Below, piece by piece: positions 24,288 through 40,445 of a stretch of 64,000 nucleotides of DNA. Below the pieces are notes generated by a model. That model did not search any database and was not told the origin of the DNA. It was given only the letters and a program-made list of their open reading frames with translations. A program made the position numbers and the translations under genes. The first letter of the stretch is position 1, and each line of letters opens with the position of its first letter. The DNA is from Octopus vulgaris (Eukaryota), in contig OX597842.1 in NCBI GenBank assembly GCA_951406725.2, forward strand, positions 24,304,001 through 24,368,000. Direction: 5' to 3'.

Positions 24288-24998
24288 TGCCTTATAACTT
24301 AACACACTCATCGGTAAAATTTTGCAGTTATTTCTTACTTATTTCCTTTTTTCCTAAAATTTTCGTTGCGTCTTGCAACCTTTTCAATAGTTTTGACTCT
24401 GTCCGTTATTTACACTGCTTTTCCTTTTGTTTGTTTGGGTGCATTGAAACTAAACTAGAGAAAGTATTAGATTTATGACTCAGGTCATTATAGACGAAAG
24501 TAATGTCTTGTGTCATGAGTATCATTTTAAAGTGTAATTTATTCGGGCAACAGTTTATATCCACAGTTTTATCATTATGAAAATGTAGTTATAATTTTTA
24601 TTGTTAAACCTTTGCTTTTTAAAGTCTTTCCTATATCTTCTACTGTTTCTGTGTCATTTCAGATACTCGTATAAAGGAGTTTTACGTGAGATACATCATG
24701 AATATTGATCATGTTTTAAAAACGAATGTCAGCCGTTATAAATAATAGATAATAACTCTGTTTATATAATATATCTCTGGTGAATAACGGTGAAATATTT
24801 CTTCTGAATTGATAGCAACAATTGTTTTCCTCATTGCCAGGAATATTTACAAAAGTATTTTGCATTGTGTTTGAACGTGAGAAAATCTGGAAAGGTGTTT
24901 GTATCATTTTCAGATATTTAAGATCAGATTTGCTGTAGAAGATATATATAAAGAAGAAGGGGAAAATATATTTTCTGTCTGTATACTACAGAACAATA

Positions 24999-26038
<1,040 letters not shown>

Positions 26039-27049
26039 CACTGTAGTATCTGCAGTAAATTATTCCGTTTAAGAAATTATTTAATTAATGACAAGTCTGC
26101 TCATACAGAAGAGAAACTATGTGACTGTGATGTCTGCAGCAAATCATTCTCTTGTGAATATGCTGTATATACTTATAAACGTATTCATACAGGAGAGAAA
26201 CTCTATTTGCTGTGATATCTGAGGTAAATCATTCTCTGTGGAACAATATTGAACTCATCACAAATACATTCATACAGGAGAGAAATCATATCACTGTGAC
26301 ATCTGTGACAAGTCATTCTTTCATAGAGAGAAATAATAAACTAAACAAACATATTCATACAGGAGAAGATTCTTATGACTGTGTAATCTGTGCTAAATCA
26401 TTCTCTCAATAATCTACCTTAACTAAACATATACTTATTCATATTGATCAATAACAATATCAATGATAAAACAGATGTCCTGCTGAATAAAATACAGCAA
26501 ATGTATTACTTTTTACAAAATAAATTCATTTTTCACATTTTCCTCATTTGCATCAACTCACTAATTACGATTTGTGTTTTTTATTCAAACAATATTGATT
26601 ATATTAATTTGCTCTGTTTTCTTGAGGATATATTATTTTGACACAAATGTATTACACTCCAGTTCCCAGCCGTGATCAGTTATCCTCTGCTGGACACACT
26701 CAGGGATCCCAGGATCTGCACCCTTTGTGCTACTGCCCACATATTCTGGCACTAGCTGGAGGCTTATTGCTGTTTGTCACAGTTTTGGGTGTAGAGTGGG
26801 AAATATTTTTCAAGAGCCTAATGCCCCACTCTACCTATGGTTCAAGCACATCCCCGCTCAACCCATGCAAGGGATTATCATCATACTTATTTTTTGCTAA
26901 ATCATTCTGTAGAGCAGGTTTTCATGGTCTTGTTCTTACCAGACACCAAGCAGGGATTTATGATGGGCATCTGGTTAGAATGGCACCTGTTGTGATGAGA
27001 GTTACCATGTCCCCTTGTGAGAGATAGACTGGTCCGAGTAAAGTATAAA

Positions 27050-27995
27050 TAGTAACGATCTGAGTGGGTTTGCGGTTCAGAGTCAACTGAAGTCGGAAGG
27101 TGTCGCTTGGTTTACTTCCTAAGGAATATTGAATGTTGGTTCGTAAAAGATTTGTTAGTTCATTAGATTGTTGTTACAATTTTCTGGTTATCTTATTTAT
27201 TGTACGGAACAATTATGTTACAACATCTGGCGATGAGGGTTTCGAAGCTCTTGCAGGTCAGTTAACAAATTTTTGTGATACAAAATTGTTTAATCATGGA
27301 AGACTAATTAGCTTCTTTAAAACTGTTGCAAAATCAACGACAAAGGCAGCAACAACAACAATTATTGGGGCTTTATTCAAAGAAGTCCAAAAATAAGGGA
27401 AGTACATTTTTGCCAGACGCCATTTTGGACTCGATGAATCAGTTATAACCCTGAGGACGGTATAACTGTTGCATTGTACTACAGCAGGTAATTTTTAAGG
27501 AAGATTGTAAGACATGGTCAGACACAGAAAAAGTAAGGTTATTATGACATAAATGAGCCCTATATGAGTATGAACATTATTTAATTTCATATTACCCAAA
27601 AAAACTCAATGAAATTTGTTTTAAAGAAACAATAGAATTACTGTCTAACATATTCGGTGATAAAACTTCTCTAACACTTGGATGGTGTTTTGGAATATAA
27701 TGAAAAAAGAGGATGGTGATTTTATCACATACGCAGGAACAATTAACAGAATGTGTGAATATTTTTAAACTCAAAGAATTTACACCTGAGATGTTCAGGT
27801 GTCTTCTTTTGGTACAAGGCCTTACAACACTGAATATACAGAAATTCACACTGCAGAACTAAATTCTGAAGATCAACCATTAAAGATCCTAGAGGGCTCT
27901 CAACAGAAACAAAATTCGTACATGTAAAAATGATTGGAATACATATTAAACTTCAGTTAGACATTGGAAGTGATATTTCAATAATAAATATGGAT
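27050..27995 (+). mobile_element. Degenerate Ty3/Gypsy remnant (paralog of 12430-13392)
   Basis: PBS-like TGGCGATGAGG, gag fragments, LQLDIGSDISII. Confidence 0.75.
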
Positions 27996-27996
27996 A

Positions 27997-28392
27997 CAGT
28001 CAACTCTCCCTACTATGCCAGTTTTGCAGATGCCCAGAGAGCATGGAGCACTATCCGAAAGTTTATGCAGCAGAAGAGCAGCGGAGAACCCAGGGTCATG
28101 CAGGCGTATGATAGGCTAGACAATGAAATGAAGAAAACCGCCGAAAGTAGATGCGTCAGCCGACAATTTTTGAGAGCTTCAGGATTAACTAAAAGCAATT
28201 TGAACTTAATAAACATGGATGTCTTCTTTTTACCATTGCATTGAACTTCTTATTGGCCTTACTTCCTACCCTATGAATTTTTATTCGTATGTTCAGTAAA
28301 TTTTTGGTTATGTAGTGTTTAGATAACAGACCCTCGGTACTATGCCACTCTGGCTCAGTCCCGCAGGGTGGCAAAGTAGCAAGAGTTGACTG
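27997..28392. mobile_element. Tc1/mariner-pogo non-autonomous element
   Basis: TA-CAGTCAACTCT...AGAGTTGACTG-TA. Confidence 0.75.
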
Positions 28393-28414
28393 TATATGGA
28401 AGAAAATAGGGAAA

Positions 28415-29180
28415 CCTATCTCTTCTACATGTTTCAGTCATTTGACAGTGGCCATGGTGGAGCACCGCCTTTAGTCGAGCAAATAAACACCAGGACTTAT
28501 TCTTTGTAAGCCCAGTACTTATTCTATCAGTCACTTTTGCCGAACCGCTAAGTTACAGGGACATAAACGCACCAGCTTCAATTGTCAAGCGATGTTGGGG
28601 GAAGAAACATAGACATACAAACTTACACACACATATATATGATGGGCTTCTTTCAGTTTTTGTCTACCAAATCCACTTACAAGGTTTCAGTCGGCCCGAG
28701 GCTATAGTAGAAAACACTTGCTCAAGGTGCCACGTAGTGGGACTGAACCCGGAACCTTATGGTTCAGAAGCAAGAAACTTACCACACAGCCACTCCTATG
28801 CCTATACTCTTTTACTTGTTTCAGTCATTTGACTGGAGCACTGCCTTTAATCGAGCAAATCGACCCCAGGACTTATTCTTTTGTAAGCCCAGTACTTATG
28901 ATATCGGTCTCTTTTGCCGAACCACTAAGTGACGGGGACATAAACACACCAGCATCGGTTGTCAAGCAATGCTAGGGGACAAACACAAACAGGCACATAT
29001 ATATATATAACGACGGGCTTCTTTAAGTTTCCGTCTACCAAACCCACTCACAAGGCTTTGGTCAAGCCCGAAGGCTATAGTAGAAGACACTTGACCAAGA
29101 TGCCATGCATAGTGGGGCTGAACCCGGAACCTTATGGTTCATAAGCAAGCTACTTACCACACAGCCACTCCTGCGCCTAT
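28415..29180 (-). mobile_element. Two tandem family-1 SINEs
   Basis: Two head/tail sets, ~28415-28805 and ~28810-29180. Confidence 0.78.
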
Positions 29181-29329
29181 GTTGAGAAAAACAGCAAAAT
29201 TTCTTTGTAGCATGACGGGTGACAAATTAAATTTCATAGGCGAAATGTGGGGATATGTCACATTTCAAGTGAAAGCATGCAATGTCTTCATTGTTAAATA
29301 TGTTGATTATCTGTTTGGTACCAATTTTT

Positions 29330-29710
29330 TTTTTTCTTGTTTCAGCTCAGAGCTGCGGCCATGCTGATGCACCGCCGTTTTGTACTAAAATGTTATTACG
29401 AAGAACTTCCTCTAATGTGTGGCACTTGGTGAAGAATGGAGTTTGATATAGCTACTCTCATTTGCACCTCTTGCCGTGAGGTAGGTTCATCTGGGACTCT
29501 CGACAGGAAGATGTCCAGCTTTGATTTAAAAATCACTACATCTACTTTGTGCAAGTTCCTCAGACTCTTTGGGAGAATATTAAAAAGCTGTGGGCCCTTG
29601 AAACCCAGGCTGTTGCAGAAGCTGGTCCTGAAGCATGATGTCATTGCCGGGATCTTTGGCACTATGCAATGTTGTCCCGTTCTAAAATTGCTGTAGTTTA
29701 CAATGCAATT
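29330..29710 (-). mobile_element. CR1-clade LINE 3' end
   Basis: NSLGFKGPQLFNILPKSLRN..FKSKLDIFLSRVPDEP. Confidence 0.8.
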
Positions 29711-31559
29711 GGTTAGAATTATTCAATATGGGACTTCCCTATAAATATCTATTGTAAAAATGTAAATGGTTCATCATCATCATTTAACATCCACTTTCCA
29801 TACTGGCATGGGTTGGACGATTTTGACTGAGGGCTGGTGAGCCAGATGGCTGCACCAGGTTCCAATCTGATCTGGCAGAGTTTCTACAGCTGGGTGCCCT
29901 TCCTAATGCCAACCACTCCGAGAGTGTAGCGGGGCCGTCCAAGAATTTGGACCTGGAGATCTCCATTTCCAGCGACTTCAAGGGCCACCTCCCAGTGGTG
30001 TCGTGCGTCAATGGAAAGCGCCCTCGACTGCAACAAGACGACCACAGATTTTTTATTTCCCTTACCTGTCTTGTTGCTTAACAACAAGAGTGTAGTGGGT
30101 GTTTTTCAAGTGTGACTGGCACGGAAGGGGGGCAGCCAGATAGCACTGGCAGAGATAAGGCTCAAATGGTAGTTCTTTTGTGCCAACTCATTATCTCACA
30201 TTCACAGCATCATCATCGTTTAGTGTCCGTTTTCCATGCTAGCATGGGTTGGATGGTTCGACTGGGGTCTGGGAAGCCAGAAGGCTGCACCAGGCCCAGT
30301 CTGATCTGGCAGTGTCTCTATGGCAGGATGCCCTTCCTAACGCCAACCACTCCGTGAGTGTAGTGCATGCTCTTTACGTGCCACCGGCACAGGTACCAGG
30401 GGAGGCTGGCAGCAGCCACGATCGGTTGGTGCTTTTTACGTGCCACCGGCACAGGTGCCAGATGAGGCAGGCAAACGTCCATGATCGGATGGTGCAAATG
30501 GCCATCTTAACATTTAATACCTTGTGTTTTGTAAATCAAATAATATCAATAAATTATAAAACAAACAAATAGCAAGAAGAATTTTTGCAGAACAGAGGTT
30601 ATTTTAATGAAATATATCTTGTAATCACCTGAAAAGACACATCTACACTGTTGGATACCCATAAAGCAACTCTTCAATATCCCACTCATAAAGGGTCGAA
30701 GCAAGATGTGTTGAAGCAATTATAGTGATCAATAAATATTCTTGTATCTTCCGTTAATTATATCATTATCATCATCTATTTCTTTGCTGCCCACAAGGGG
30801 CTAAACATAGAGGGGACAGACAAAGGGATTAAGTCGATTACATCGACCCCAGTGCGAAACTGGTACTTTATTTATCGACCCCAAAAGGATGACAGGCAAA
30901 GTCGACCTTGGCGGAATTTGAACTGAGAACGCAACGACAGACGAAATACCGCTAAGCATTTCCCCGGCCTGCTAACGTTTCTGCATCATCGTCATCGCTT
31001 AATGTCTGCTTTCCTCGATGGCATGGGTTGGACGGTTTGACCGGGTCTCTGGGAAGCCAGATGGCTGCACCAGGCTCCAGTCTGATCTGGCAGTGTTTCT
31101 ACAGCTGGATGCCCTTTTCTCCATGCCGAGCAGGGCCATCTCCCTGACAGGATCTGTCTTTGGTCTTTGCTAAATTTACTGTATGGTTTTTCAATCCAGA
31201 TCTTGCTTCCATACCTGAAATTTGTTCTCTAATTGTGGTAGGGATTCAGCAATAAGAACAAGGTCATCAGTTTGGAAGAGATCCCAAGGGCAGCCAATCT
31301 CAAATTCCTTCCTAATGCCAACCACTCCGTGAGTGTAGTGGGTGCATTTTACATGCCACCAGCAGAGGTGCCAGGCAAGGCTGGCAATGGCTATGATCGG
31401 TTGGTGCTTTTCACCGGCATAGAAGCCAGTCAAGGTGGTGCTGGCATCAGCCATGTTCGGATGGTGCTTTTTACTTGCCACCGGCACAGGTATCACAACT
31501 ACAATTTCCATTTGATTTTTTGATGTTAATGTACTTGACTCAATAGGTCTCCTCATATA

Positions 31560-32510
31560 TCAATGTAAGTTCCATGGATCAAGGTGTAGAATTGTATCAA
31601 CTAGAAGCACCAGCAATGCTATCTTCCTGGTGAGGCAAAAGCAGAAGTACTTGGTCAAAGATATATCTTTGCATTTGGATTTTGTTGACATGGAGAAAGC
31701 TTTTGACAGAATCCCCTACTCTATTATTTGGGGAGCAATAGAGAAGCTAAGTTAAGTTAATTTTTTGGCTCAAAAAGCAAAAAGCAAGGCCATGTAGGGG
31801 GACATGGAATTATGTACAGGGAGGGTAGTCATACAAAGTGTTCAGGCCATTTCTGGTCAAGAGGGACTTTGAACCGAGTGGTCGTCGGCATCTTCACTAT
31901 CTCATCCGGCAGCTTTTTCCACGGATCCGCAACCCGGACTGAGAAAGCCATTCTCCATCGATTGAGATGAAATTGTCACAGATAGAGCTTTTCAGAGTGA
32001 CCCTGCAGCCGACGCTCTGGAGCAGGAGTGAAGAACAGATCTTTCGAGAGGTTACACTTTCTGCTTATGATGTTGTGAGCAAGAATGAGATCACCACAGC
32101 ATCGTCGTTTAGGGAGAGATGAGTGGTTGGTGAGACAAGTAAAAGCCATGTATAGGGATGCTGTCAGTAAGGTAAATGTCACCAATGAGTATAGCATGAA
32201 TTTTAGTGTAAAATAGGAGTCCACCAAGGATCGTTTTTCACCCCACTCTTGTTTATCATAGTCCTGCAAGCAATAACAGAGGAATTTAAGATTGGCTGCC
32301 CTTGGGATCTCTTCCAAGCTGATGACCTTCTTATTGCTGAATCCCTACCAAAATTAGAGAACAAATTTCAGGTATGGAAGCAACATCTGGATTGAAAAAC
32401 CATTCAGTAAATTTAGCAAAGACCAAAGACAGAGATGGCCCTATTAGGCATGTAGAAAAGATGTCAGGAGAAACTCCATGTAGTGTACCCAGTACAAGCT
32501 ATGGACACAT
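31560..32510 (+). mobile_element. RTE LINE RT fragment (paralog of 15790-17100)
   Basis: FVDMEKAFDRIP, GVHQGS, QADDL. Confidence 0.8.
31750..32108 (-). mobile_element. CR1-type LINE 3' fragment nested in RTE, private to this duplicate
   Basis: RRCCGDLILAHNII..RLQGHSEKL..FSVRVADPWKKLP; empty site at ~15974. Confidence 0.8.
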
Positions 32511-33504
32511 ATTGTTCATTAGATTATAGGCTGCAGATCGTGGGATAGCCTAAGCATGTCCAGCAGAGAACAACTGATCATCGTTGGGAACTGGAATGTG
32601 ATACAATGGTGTCGAAATAATATATCCACACGAAAACACAAATGAAGAAAATGTAAAAAATTTATTTGTCTCAAAAAAAGTAATACAATTGCTGTATTTC
32701 ATTCCCCATTTTATCACTGGTATTGTTATTGATCAATATGAATAAATACAGGTTTAGTTAAATTACATTAAGAGAATGATTTTGCACAGATAACACAGCA
32801 ATATGTCTTCTCTCCTGTATGAATGCATTTAAAATTAGTTAAACAACATAATCCTAAGAGAATGATTTACTACAGATATCAAAACCAAAAATCAAAGTCA
32901 TAATCGATCAACATCAATGGAATTTGTAGCTGTGATACCAGGCCGGTGGCACATAAGAGAACCATCCGAACGTGGACGTTTGCGAGCCTTGTCTGGCACC
33001 TTTGCCGGTGGCATGTAAAAAGCACCCACTAGACTCACGGAGTAGTTGGCGTTAAGAAGGGCATCCAGCTGTAGAATCACTGCTAGATCAGACTGGAGCC
33101 TGGTGCAGCCTTCTGGCTTTCTACACCCCAGTTGAACCGTCAAACCCATGCTAGCATGGAAAGTGGACGTTAAACGATGATGATGATGAACACAGTGATA
33201 CAATATCTCCCCAATCTAACTGGATTTGTGATAAAAATATTTTCTTACACAGAATGATTTACTGCAGATATTACTGTGCTATGCTTTCTCTCCTGTATGA
33301 ATGTATTTGTGATTAGTTAAATGTTGTTCCAAAGACAATGATTTACCACAGATATCACAGTGATAGGGCTTCTCTCCTGTATAAATACATTTATGAGTAT
33401 ATATAGCACATTCCCAAGAGAATGACTTACCACAGATATCACAGTGACATAGTTTGTCTCCTTTATGAATAGACTTAGAATGATTTACTGCAGATATCAC
33501 AGTG

Positions 33505-35062
33505 CTATGATTTCTCTCCTGTATGAATGTATTTGTGTCTAGTAAGGTTACTTTTTCCAGAGAATGATTTACCACAAATATCACACTGATATGGCCTCTC
33601 ATCAGTGTGAGTACGTTCATGAGCAGTTAAATAACTTCTTAATACAAAGGATTTACCACAGATATTGCAGTGATATGGTTTCTCTCCTGTATGAATTGAT
33701 TTGTGAGAATCAAAGTTACCTTTTTGAGAGAATGATTTACCACAAATATCACACTGATATGGTTTCTCTCCTGTATGAATGTATTTGTGTCTATTAAAAT
33801 TACTTTTACGAGAGAATGATTTATCACAGATATCACAGTGATATCGTTTCTCTCCTGTATGAATGTATTTGTGTCTATTAAGGGTACTTTTTCCAGAGAA
33901 TGATTTACCACAGATATCACATTGATATGGCCTTTCATTAGTGTGAGTAAGTTCATGAGCAGTTAAATTACTTCTCACTACAAAGGATTTACCACAGATA
34001 TTGCAGTGATATGGTTTCTCTCCTGTATGAATTGATTTGTGATAAGTAAGGCTATTCTTATGAGGGAATGTTTTACCACAAATATCGCAGTGATGTGGCT
34101 TCTCACCTGTATGTGTTAGTTTGTGAGTAATTAAATGACTTTTTAATGAAAAGGATTTATCACAAATATCACAGTGATATGGTTTCTCTCCTGTATGAAT
34201 GTGATTTGTGTTTAGTAAGGTTACTGTTATGAGAGAATGATTTACCACAGATATCACAGTGATGTGGTTTCTCTCTTGTATGAATGAATTTGTGAGAATT
34301 AAGGTTACATTTGTGAGTGAATGATTTACCACAAATATCACAATGATATGGCTTCTCATGAGCATGAATAAGTTTGTGTTTAGTTAAAGAACTTCTTATT
34401 GAAAAGGATTTATTACATATATCACAGTGATATCGTTTCTCTCCTGTATGAATGTATTTGTGAGAAGTCAGGCAACCTTTTTGAGAGAATGATTTACCAC
34501 AAATATCACTCTGATGTGGTTTCTCTCCTGTGTGAATGTATTTGTGAGAATCAAGGTTATATTTTTGAGAGAATGATTTACCACAAATTTCGCAGTGATA
34601 TGGCTTTTCATGAGTATGTGAAAGTTTGTGTTTAGTTAAATCACTCCTTAGTGAAAAGGATTTATCACAGATCTCGTATTGATATGGTTTCTCTCCTGTA
34701 TGAATGTAATTGTGAGTTTTAAGGTGACTTTTTTGGGAGAACGATTTACCACAGATGTCACAGTGATACGGTTTCTCTCCTGTATGAACTGAGTTGTGAC
34801 AAGTAAGGCTACTCCTATGAGAGAATGATTTACCACAAATACCACATTGATATGGTTTCTCTCCTGTATGAATGTATTTGTGATGAGTAAGATGATCTTT
34901 CTTAGAGAATGATTTACCACAGATATCACAGCGATATTGCTTTCCACTTGGTTCAATACACTTGTGAACAGTGAGATTTGCTGTATTAGAAAAAGTCTTT
35001 TTACAGATATCACATTGGTCTGATAATTTTTCTCTTTCTCTTGTCATCTCCGGCGGATTCAT
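33505..35062 (-). pseudogene. C2H2 zinc-finger gene B2 (single frameshift near 34203)
   Basis: N-terminus identical to B1; two overlapping finger ORFs (35194-34169, 34365-33505); no exon-1 module upstream. Confidence 0.8.
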
Positions 35063-36007
35063 TATTCTTCTGCAGTATGCAACACCAAAATATATTTTTC
35101 TTTTCTTCTTTATAAATGTCTTTGTAGATTCAAATACTTCTACTGCTATATTTACAGCAAATCTGATCTTCTCGAATATCTGAAGATAATACAAAGACCT
35201 TCACAGATTTTTCCAAATTCAAACAGAATGTAAAATACTGGCAATGAAGAAAACAAACGTTCGTATTAATTCCAAAGAAATATTTCACAGTTATTCACCA
35301 TAGATTTGTAATAGAAACAAGGTTATATATATTATTTATAATATCTTCCATTAGTCTTCAAATGATGATCAATATTCATGATGTATCTGATGTAAAAACT
35401 CCTTTATACCACTAACATCTCATATTCTGAAATGACACAGAAACAGTAGAAGATATAGGAAAGACTTAAAAAGCAGAGATTCAACTATAAAAAATATTAC
35501 TACATTTTCATAATAATAAACTGTTTATATAAACCTTAACCCGAATAATTAGTCTCTATACACAGACTTCCGTTCCTTTGCCTTCAGATATTATGTAAAA
35601 TGTTAAACTACAAAATATTGGACAATAACTTCCTACTATCTTCAGAAATGTGATAAGTCACTGTTGTTTAGCCCGGAATCATCCCTGGCTGAACAGGTCT
35701 ATTAATGAAATTAGGTTGTGTTCACGACTTTTAAAATAATAATAATGAAATTACTGTATACAGTGCTCAGGTGCACCACAACTTGTCAAAAGTGTGTATA
35801 AAGTATATGCAGTAATGTACAAATGTCTGGAAAGTGAACAGTGTATGAGTCAGATACTTGATTGCGTGTGTATGGAGGGGAGAAAATCGGGTGTATGTTG
35901 GCGAATCTGAGGAAGCATGGAAAGAAGCCCGTCGTATATATGTGTATATGTATGTTTGTGTTGTGCTTATGTGTCTGTGTTTGTCACACTAACATCGCTG
36001 GACAACC

Positions 36008-36530
36008 ATCCAGTGTCAAATTAATCACAGAACTTGAGGCAATCCAACGAAGCTACACAAAGAAGATAGCCTCTGTGCAGCATATGGGCTATTGGGAAAG
36101 ACTCAAGAGATTAAGACTCTATTCCTTAGAGCGTAGGCGAGAAAGATATGCCATAATATACATCTGGAAGATCCTAGAAGGACTTGTCCCAAACTTTGGC
36201 ATCGAGTGTTACACAAATACTAGAACTGGGAGCCACTGCATAGTGCCAAGGACTCCAAATTTGCCATCAAGATATAGGACAAGATACTGTGATAGCCTGG
36301 GCTTCAGAGGTTCACAGCTCTTCAATATCCTCTCGAAGGACCTGAGAGACCTGCATGGGGTGGATGCAGATGTCTTTAAAATAAAACTGGATCTCTTCCT
36401 GTCAGGTGTCCTAGATGAACCAACTTCACGGCAGGAGGTGCAGATGAGGGCAGCTGCATCGAACTCTCTCATGCACCAAATGGCAATTGCTAAAAAGCAT
36501 TCGTGAAGTAAAATCATGTAGCAACACCAA
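36008..36530 (+). mobile_element. CR1-clade LINE ORF2 C-terminal fragment
   Basis: LEAIQRSYTKKI..YWERLKRLRLYSLERRRERYAIIYIWKI. Confidence 0.85.
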
Positions 36531-36919
36531 ATATAATTTATCTAATTTTGACACAGTTTGGCTAACCGAATACGGTTGCTTAAAGCTCTAGTTAAGAATG
36601 CGAATGTCCAGTTCTATCTCATTATTATTATCATTGTTGTTGTTATTCTTTTGCACCGGCAGCCAGAGTGTTTGCCATTTCGTGGTGTGTTCGCCCATCC
36701 CACCCCCATCACCTATACTGGAAGTCCCCATGTTCTAACCCCCATTGGATGCCTTTCCCCTGAACACCTCCAATGGCTTAGATGCTCCCCCATCCATACT
36801 TAGTGTTTATCTCCTGTGGAATGCAGTGATAATTTAGTGCACAAAATAATGGTGTAGTGTGTGCAAGTTGAAGGCTATTGTATGTTTATGAGTTCTGTCA
36901 AATTCAAGCTTTCTTTTCA

Positions 36920-37340
36920 GGTACCTGATGCTGCTGTCCCCCACCTCAGGGTCTTGCAGGCCCACACCTTCCACAACCTCAGAATTGGCACATTGAAAGA
37001 TAGGTCTGGTGAGATCGTTGAGATTCTTGAATGGAGCCATGTAGATTTGTGCTGCTTCCAAGAAGTAAGGTGGAGAGGAAGTTCTACTAGGTTCCTCACA
37101 AGCAAAGAACGTAGGTATAAGATTTTCTGGGTAGGGAATACTGATGGAGTTGAGGGCATGGATATACTTCTTGCAGAGAGAATGGGTTGATAAGGTAATC
37201 AAGGTAGTCAGAGTCTGTGATAGAATACTTAAGCTTAGATTAGTGTTGCAACATGGGTTAGCAACCATAATCTTGGCTTATGCCCCTCAGCCAAGGTTAC
37301 CTGATAAACAGAAAGACCGATTTCATGGCACCCTCTTCTA
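36920..37340 (+). mobile_element. RTE LINE APE-endonuclease fragment
   Basis: IGTL..VDLCCFQEVRWRG, VCDRILKLRL, AYAPQ. Confidence 0.85.
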
Positions 37341-37720
37341 CTTACTTGTACTTGTGGCGACATTCACCCCAGGCGGGTTGAGTCGGCTTCTTCTACCACC
37401 CTCGAGGCATCTCAAACCATGGCAGCCCACGCACGACGGTCCTGCGCCAGTTCACTGGAGATAGCAAGCCAGTCACGGTTCCATCGGCGCAGGCAGACCA
37501 CCTGTGGACCGGTGAGCACAGAGAGGTCCTCCTTGATCGTCGTAACCCAGGTCCTCAGCTGCCCGCCCATGCGTTTCCGCCAGTTGGGAAGTGGAGTTGG
37601 GAGGACATCACGGCTCAGTTCACCCACCGGATGCCTACATGCATGTCCAAACCACCGCAAGCTCTGTTGCAGAAGGACAGATGGAAGGGGCCGCAGAGAT
37701 TGGCGGTGGGAGTATACTTT
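37340..37720 (-). mobile_element. RTE-type LINE C-terminal fragment
   Basis: LRWFGHACR..GGQLRTW..IKEDL..LAQDRRAW. Confidence 0.8.
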
Positions 37721-38119
37721 ACTCGGACCAGTCTACTCTCATCACAACAGGTGCCATTCTAACCAGATGCCCATCATAAATCCCTGCTTGGTGTCTGGTA
37801 AGAACAAGACCATGAAAACCGGATCTACAGAATGATTTAGCAAAAATAAGTAGGCTGTATCAACTCTAACCAAACACTAACAAAAGCAGTAGGCTCCAGT
37901 TTGTTCTATCATCAAATCCTGAGACTCTAAACATGTCCAAACACTAACTGACAAATTGGTGTGATGACACATCCACAAGAAAATAGAACAAATTAATTTA
38001 ATCAATATTATTTGAATGGAAAACACACATCATAATTAATGAGTTGAAGCAAATGAGGAAAATGGAAACAATTAATTTATTCAATAAAAAGTAATACAAT
38101 TGCTGTATTTTATTCACCA

Positions 38120-38750
38120 GGCATAGGAGTGGCTGTGTGGTAAGTAGCTTGCTTACCAACCACATGGTCCCGGGTTCAGTCCCACTGTGTGGCACCTTGG
38201 GCAAGTGTGTTCTACTATAGCTTCAGGCCGACCAAAGCCTTGTGAGTGGATTTCGTAGACGGAAACTGAAAAGAAGCCCGTCGTATATATCATCATCATC
38301 GTTTAACGTCCGTTTTCCATGCTAGCATGGGTTGGACGGTTCAACCAGAGTCTGGGAAGCCAGGAGGCTGCACCAGGCTCCAGTCGGATCTGGCAGTGTT
38401 TCTACAGCTGGATGCCCTTCCTAACGCCAACCACTCCATGAGTGTAGTGGGTGCTTTTTACCTGCCACCTACACAGGTACCAGACAAGGCTGGCAAACGG
38501 CAACGATCAGATGGTGCTTTTTACGTGCAACGTGTGTGTACGATTGTGTGCCTTTGTTTGTCCCCGCAACATCGCTTGACAACCGATGCTGGTGTGTTTA
38601 TGTCCCTGTAACTTAGCAGTTCGGCAAAAGAGACAGATAGAATAAGTACTAGGCTTACAAAGAATAAGTCCTGGGGTCGATATGCTCGACTAAAGGCGTG
38701 CTCCAGCATGGCCACAGTCAAATGACTGAACCAAGTGAAAGAAAGAAAAG
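38120..38750 (+). mobile_element. Family-1 SINE with nested (GAT)n-tailed retroposon, in the C1 3' UTR
   Basis: Head at 38120, nested element ~38290-38530, tail to ~38745. Confidence 0.8.
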
Positions 38751-39226
38751 ACATCTATTTTATGCCAGTTATTTTTATAGATCAATATGAATAAGAATAT
38801 GTTTAGTTAAGGTAGATTATTGAGAGAATGATTTAGCACAGATTACACAGTCATAAGAATCTTATCCTCTATGAATATGTTTGTGTTTAGTTAAGTAATT
38901 ACGAGAGAATGATTAATCACTGATGTCACAGCGTTACGGTTTTTCTCCTGTATGAATGTATTCATGTTGAGTTAACCCACATGGTAAAAGAATGACAGTG
39001 CTATGGTTTCTTTCCTGTATGAATGAATTTGAGATTAGCTAAATATTGTTCCACAGAGAATGATTTAGCATAGTTATCACAGTGATAGGGCTTCTCTCTT
39101 GCATAAATACATTTATGAGTATATATAGCACATTCCCAAGAGAATGATTTACCACAGATATCACAGTTATATGGTTTGTCTCCTTTATGAATAGACTTTG
39201 AATGATTTACTGCAGATATTAAAGTG

Positions 39227-40445
<1,219 letters not shown>

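Noticed and set aside
35862-36506. 214-aa ORF as a host gene
   Set aside because: Chance fusion of SINE and microsatellite sequence to a CR1 ORF2 C-terminus.
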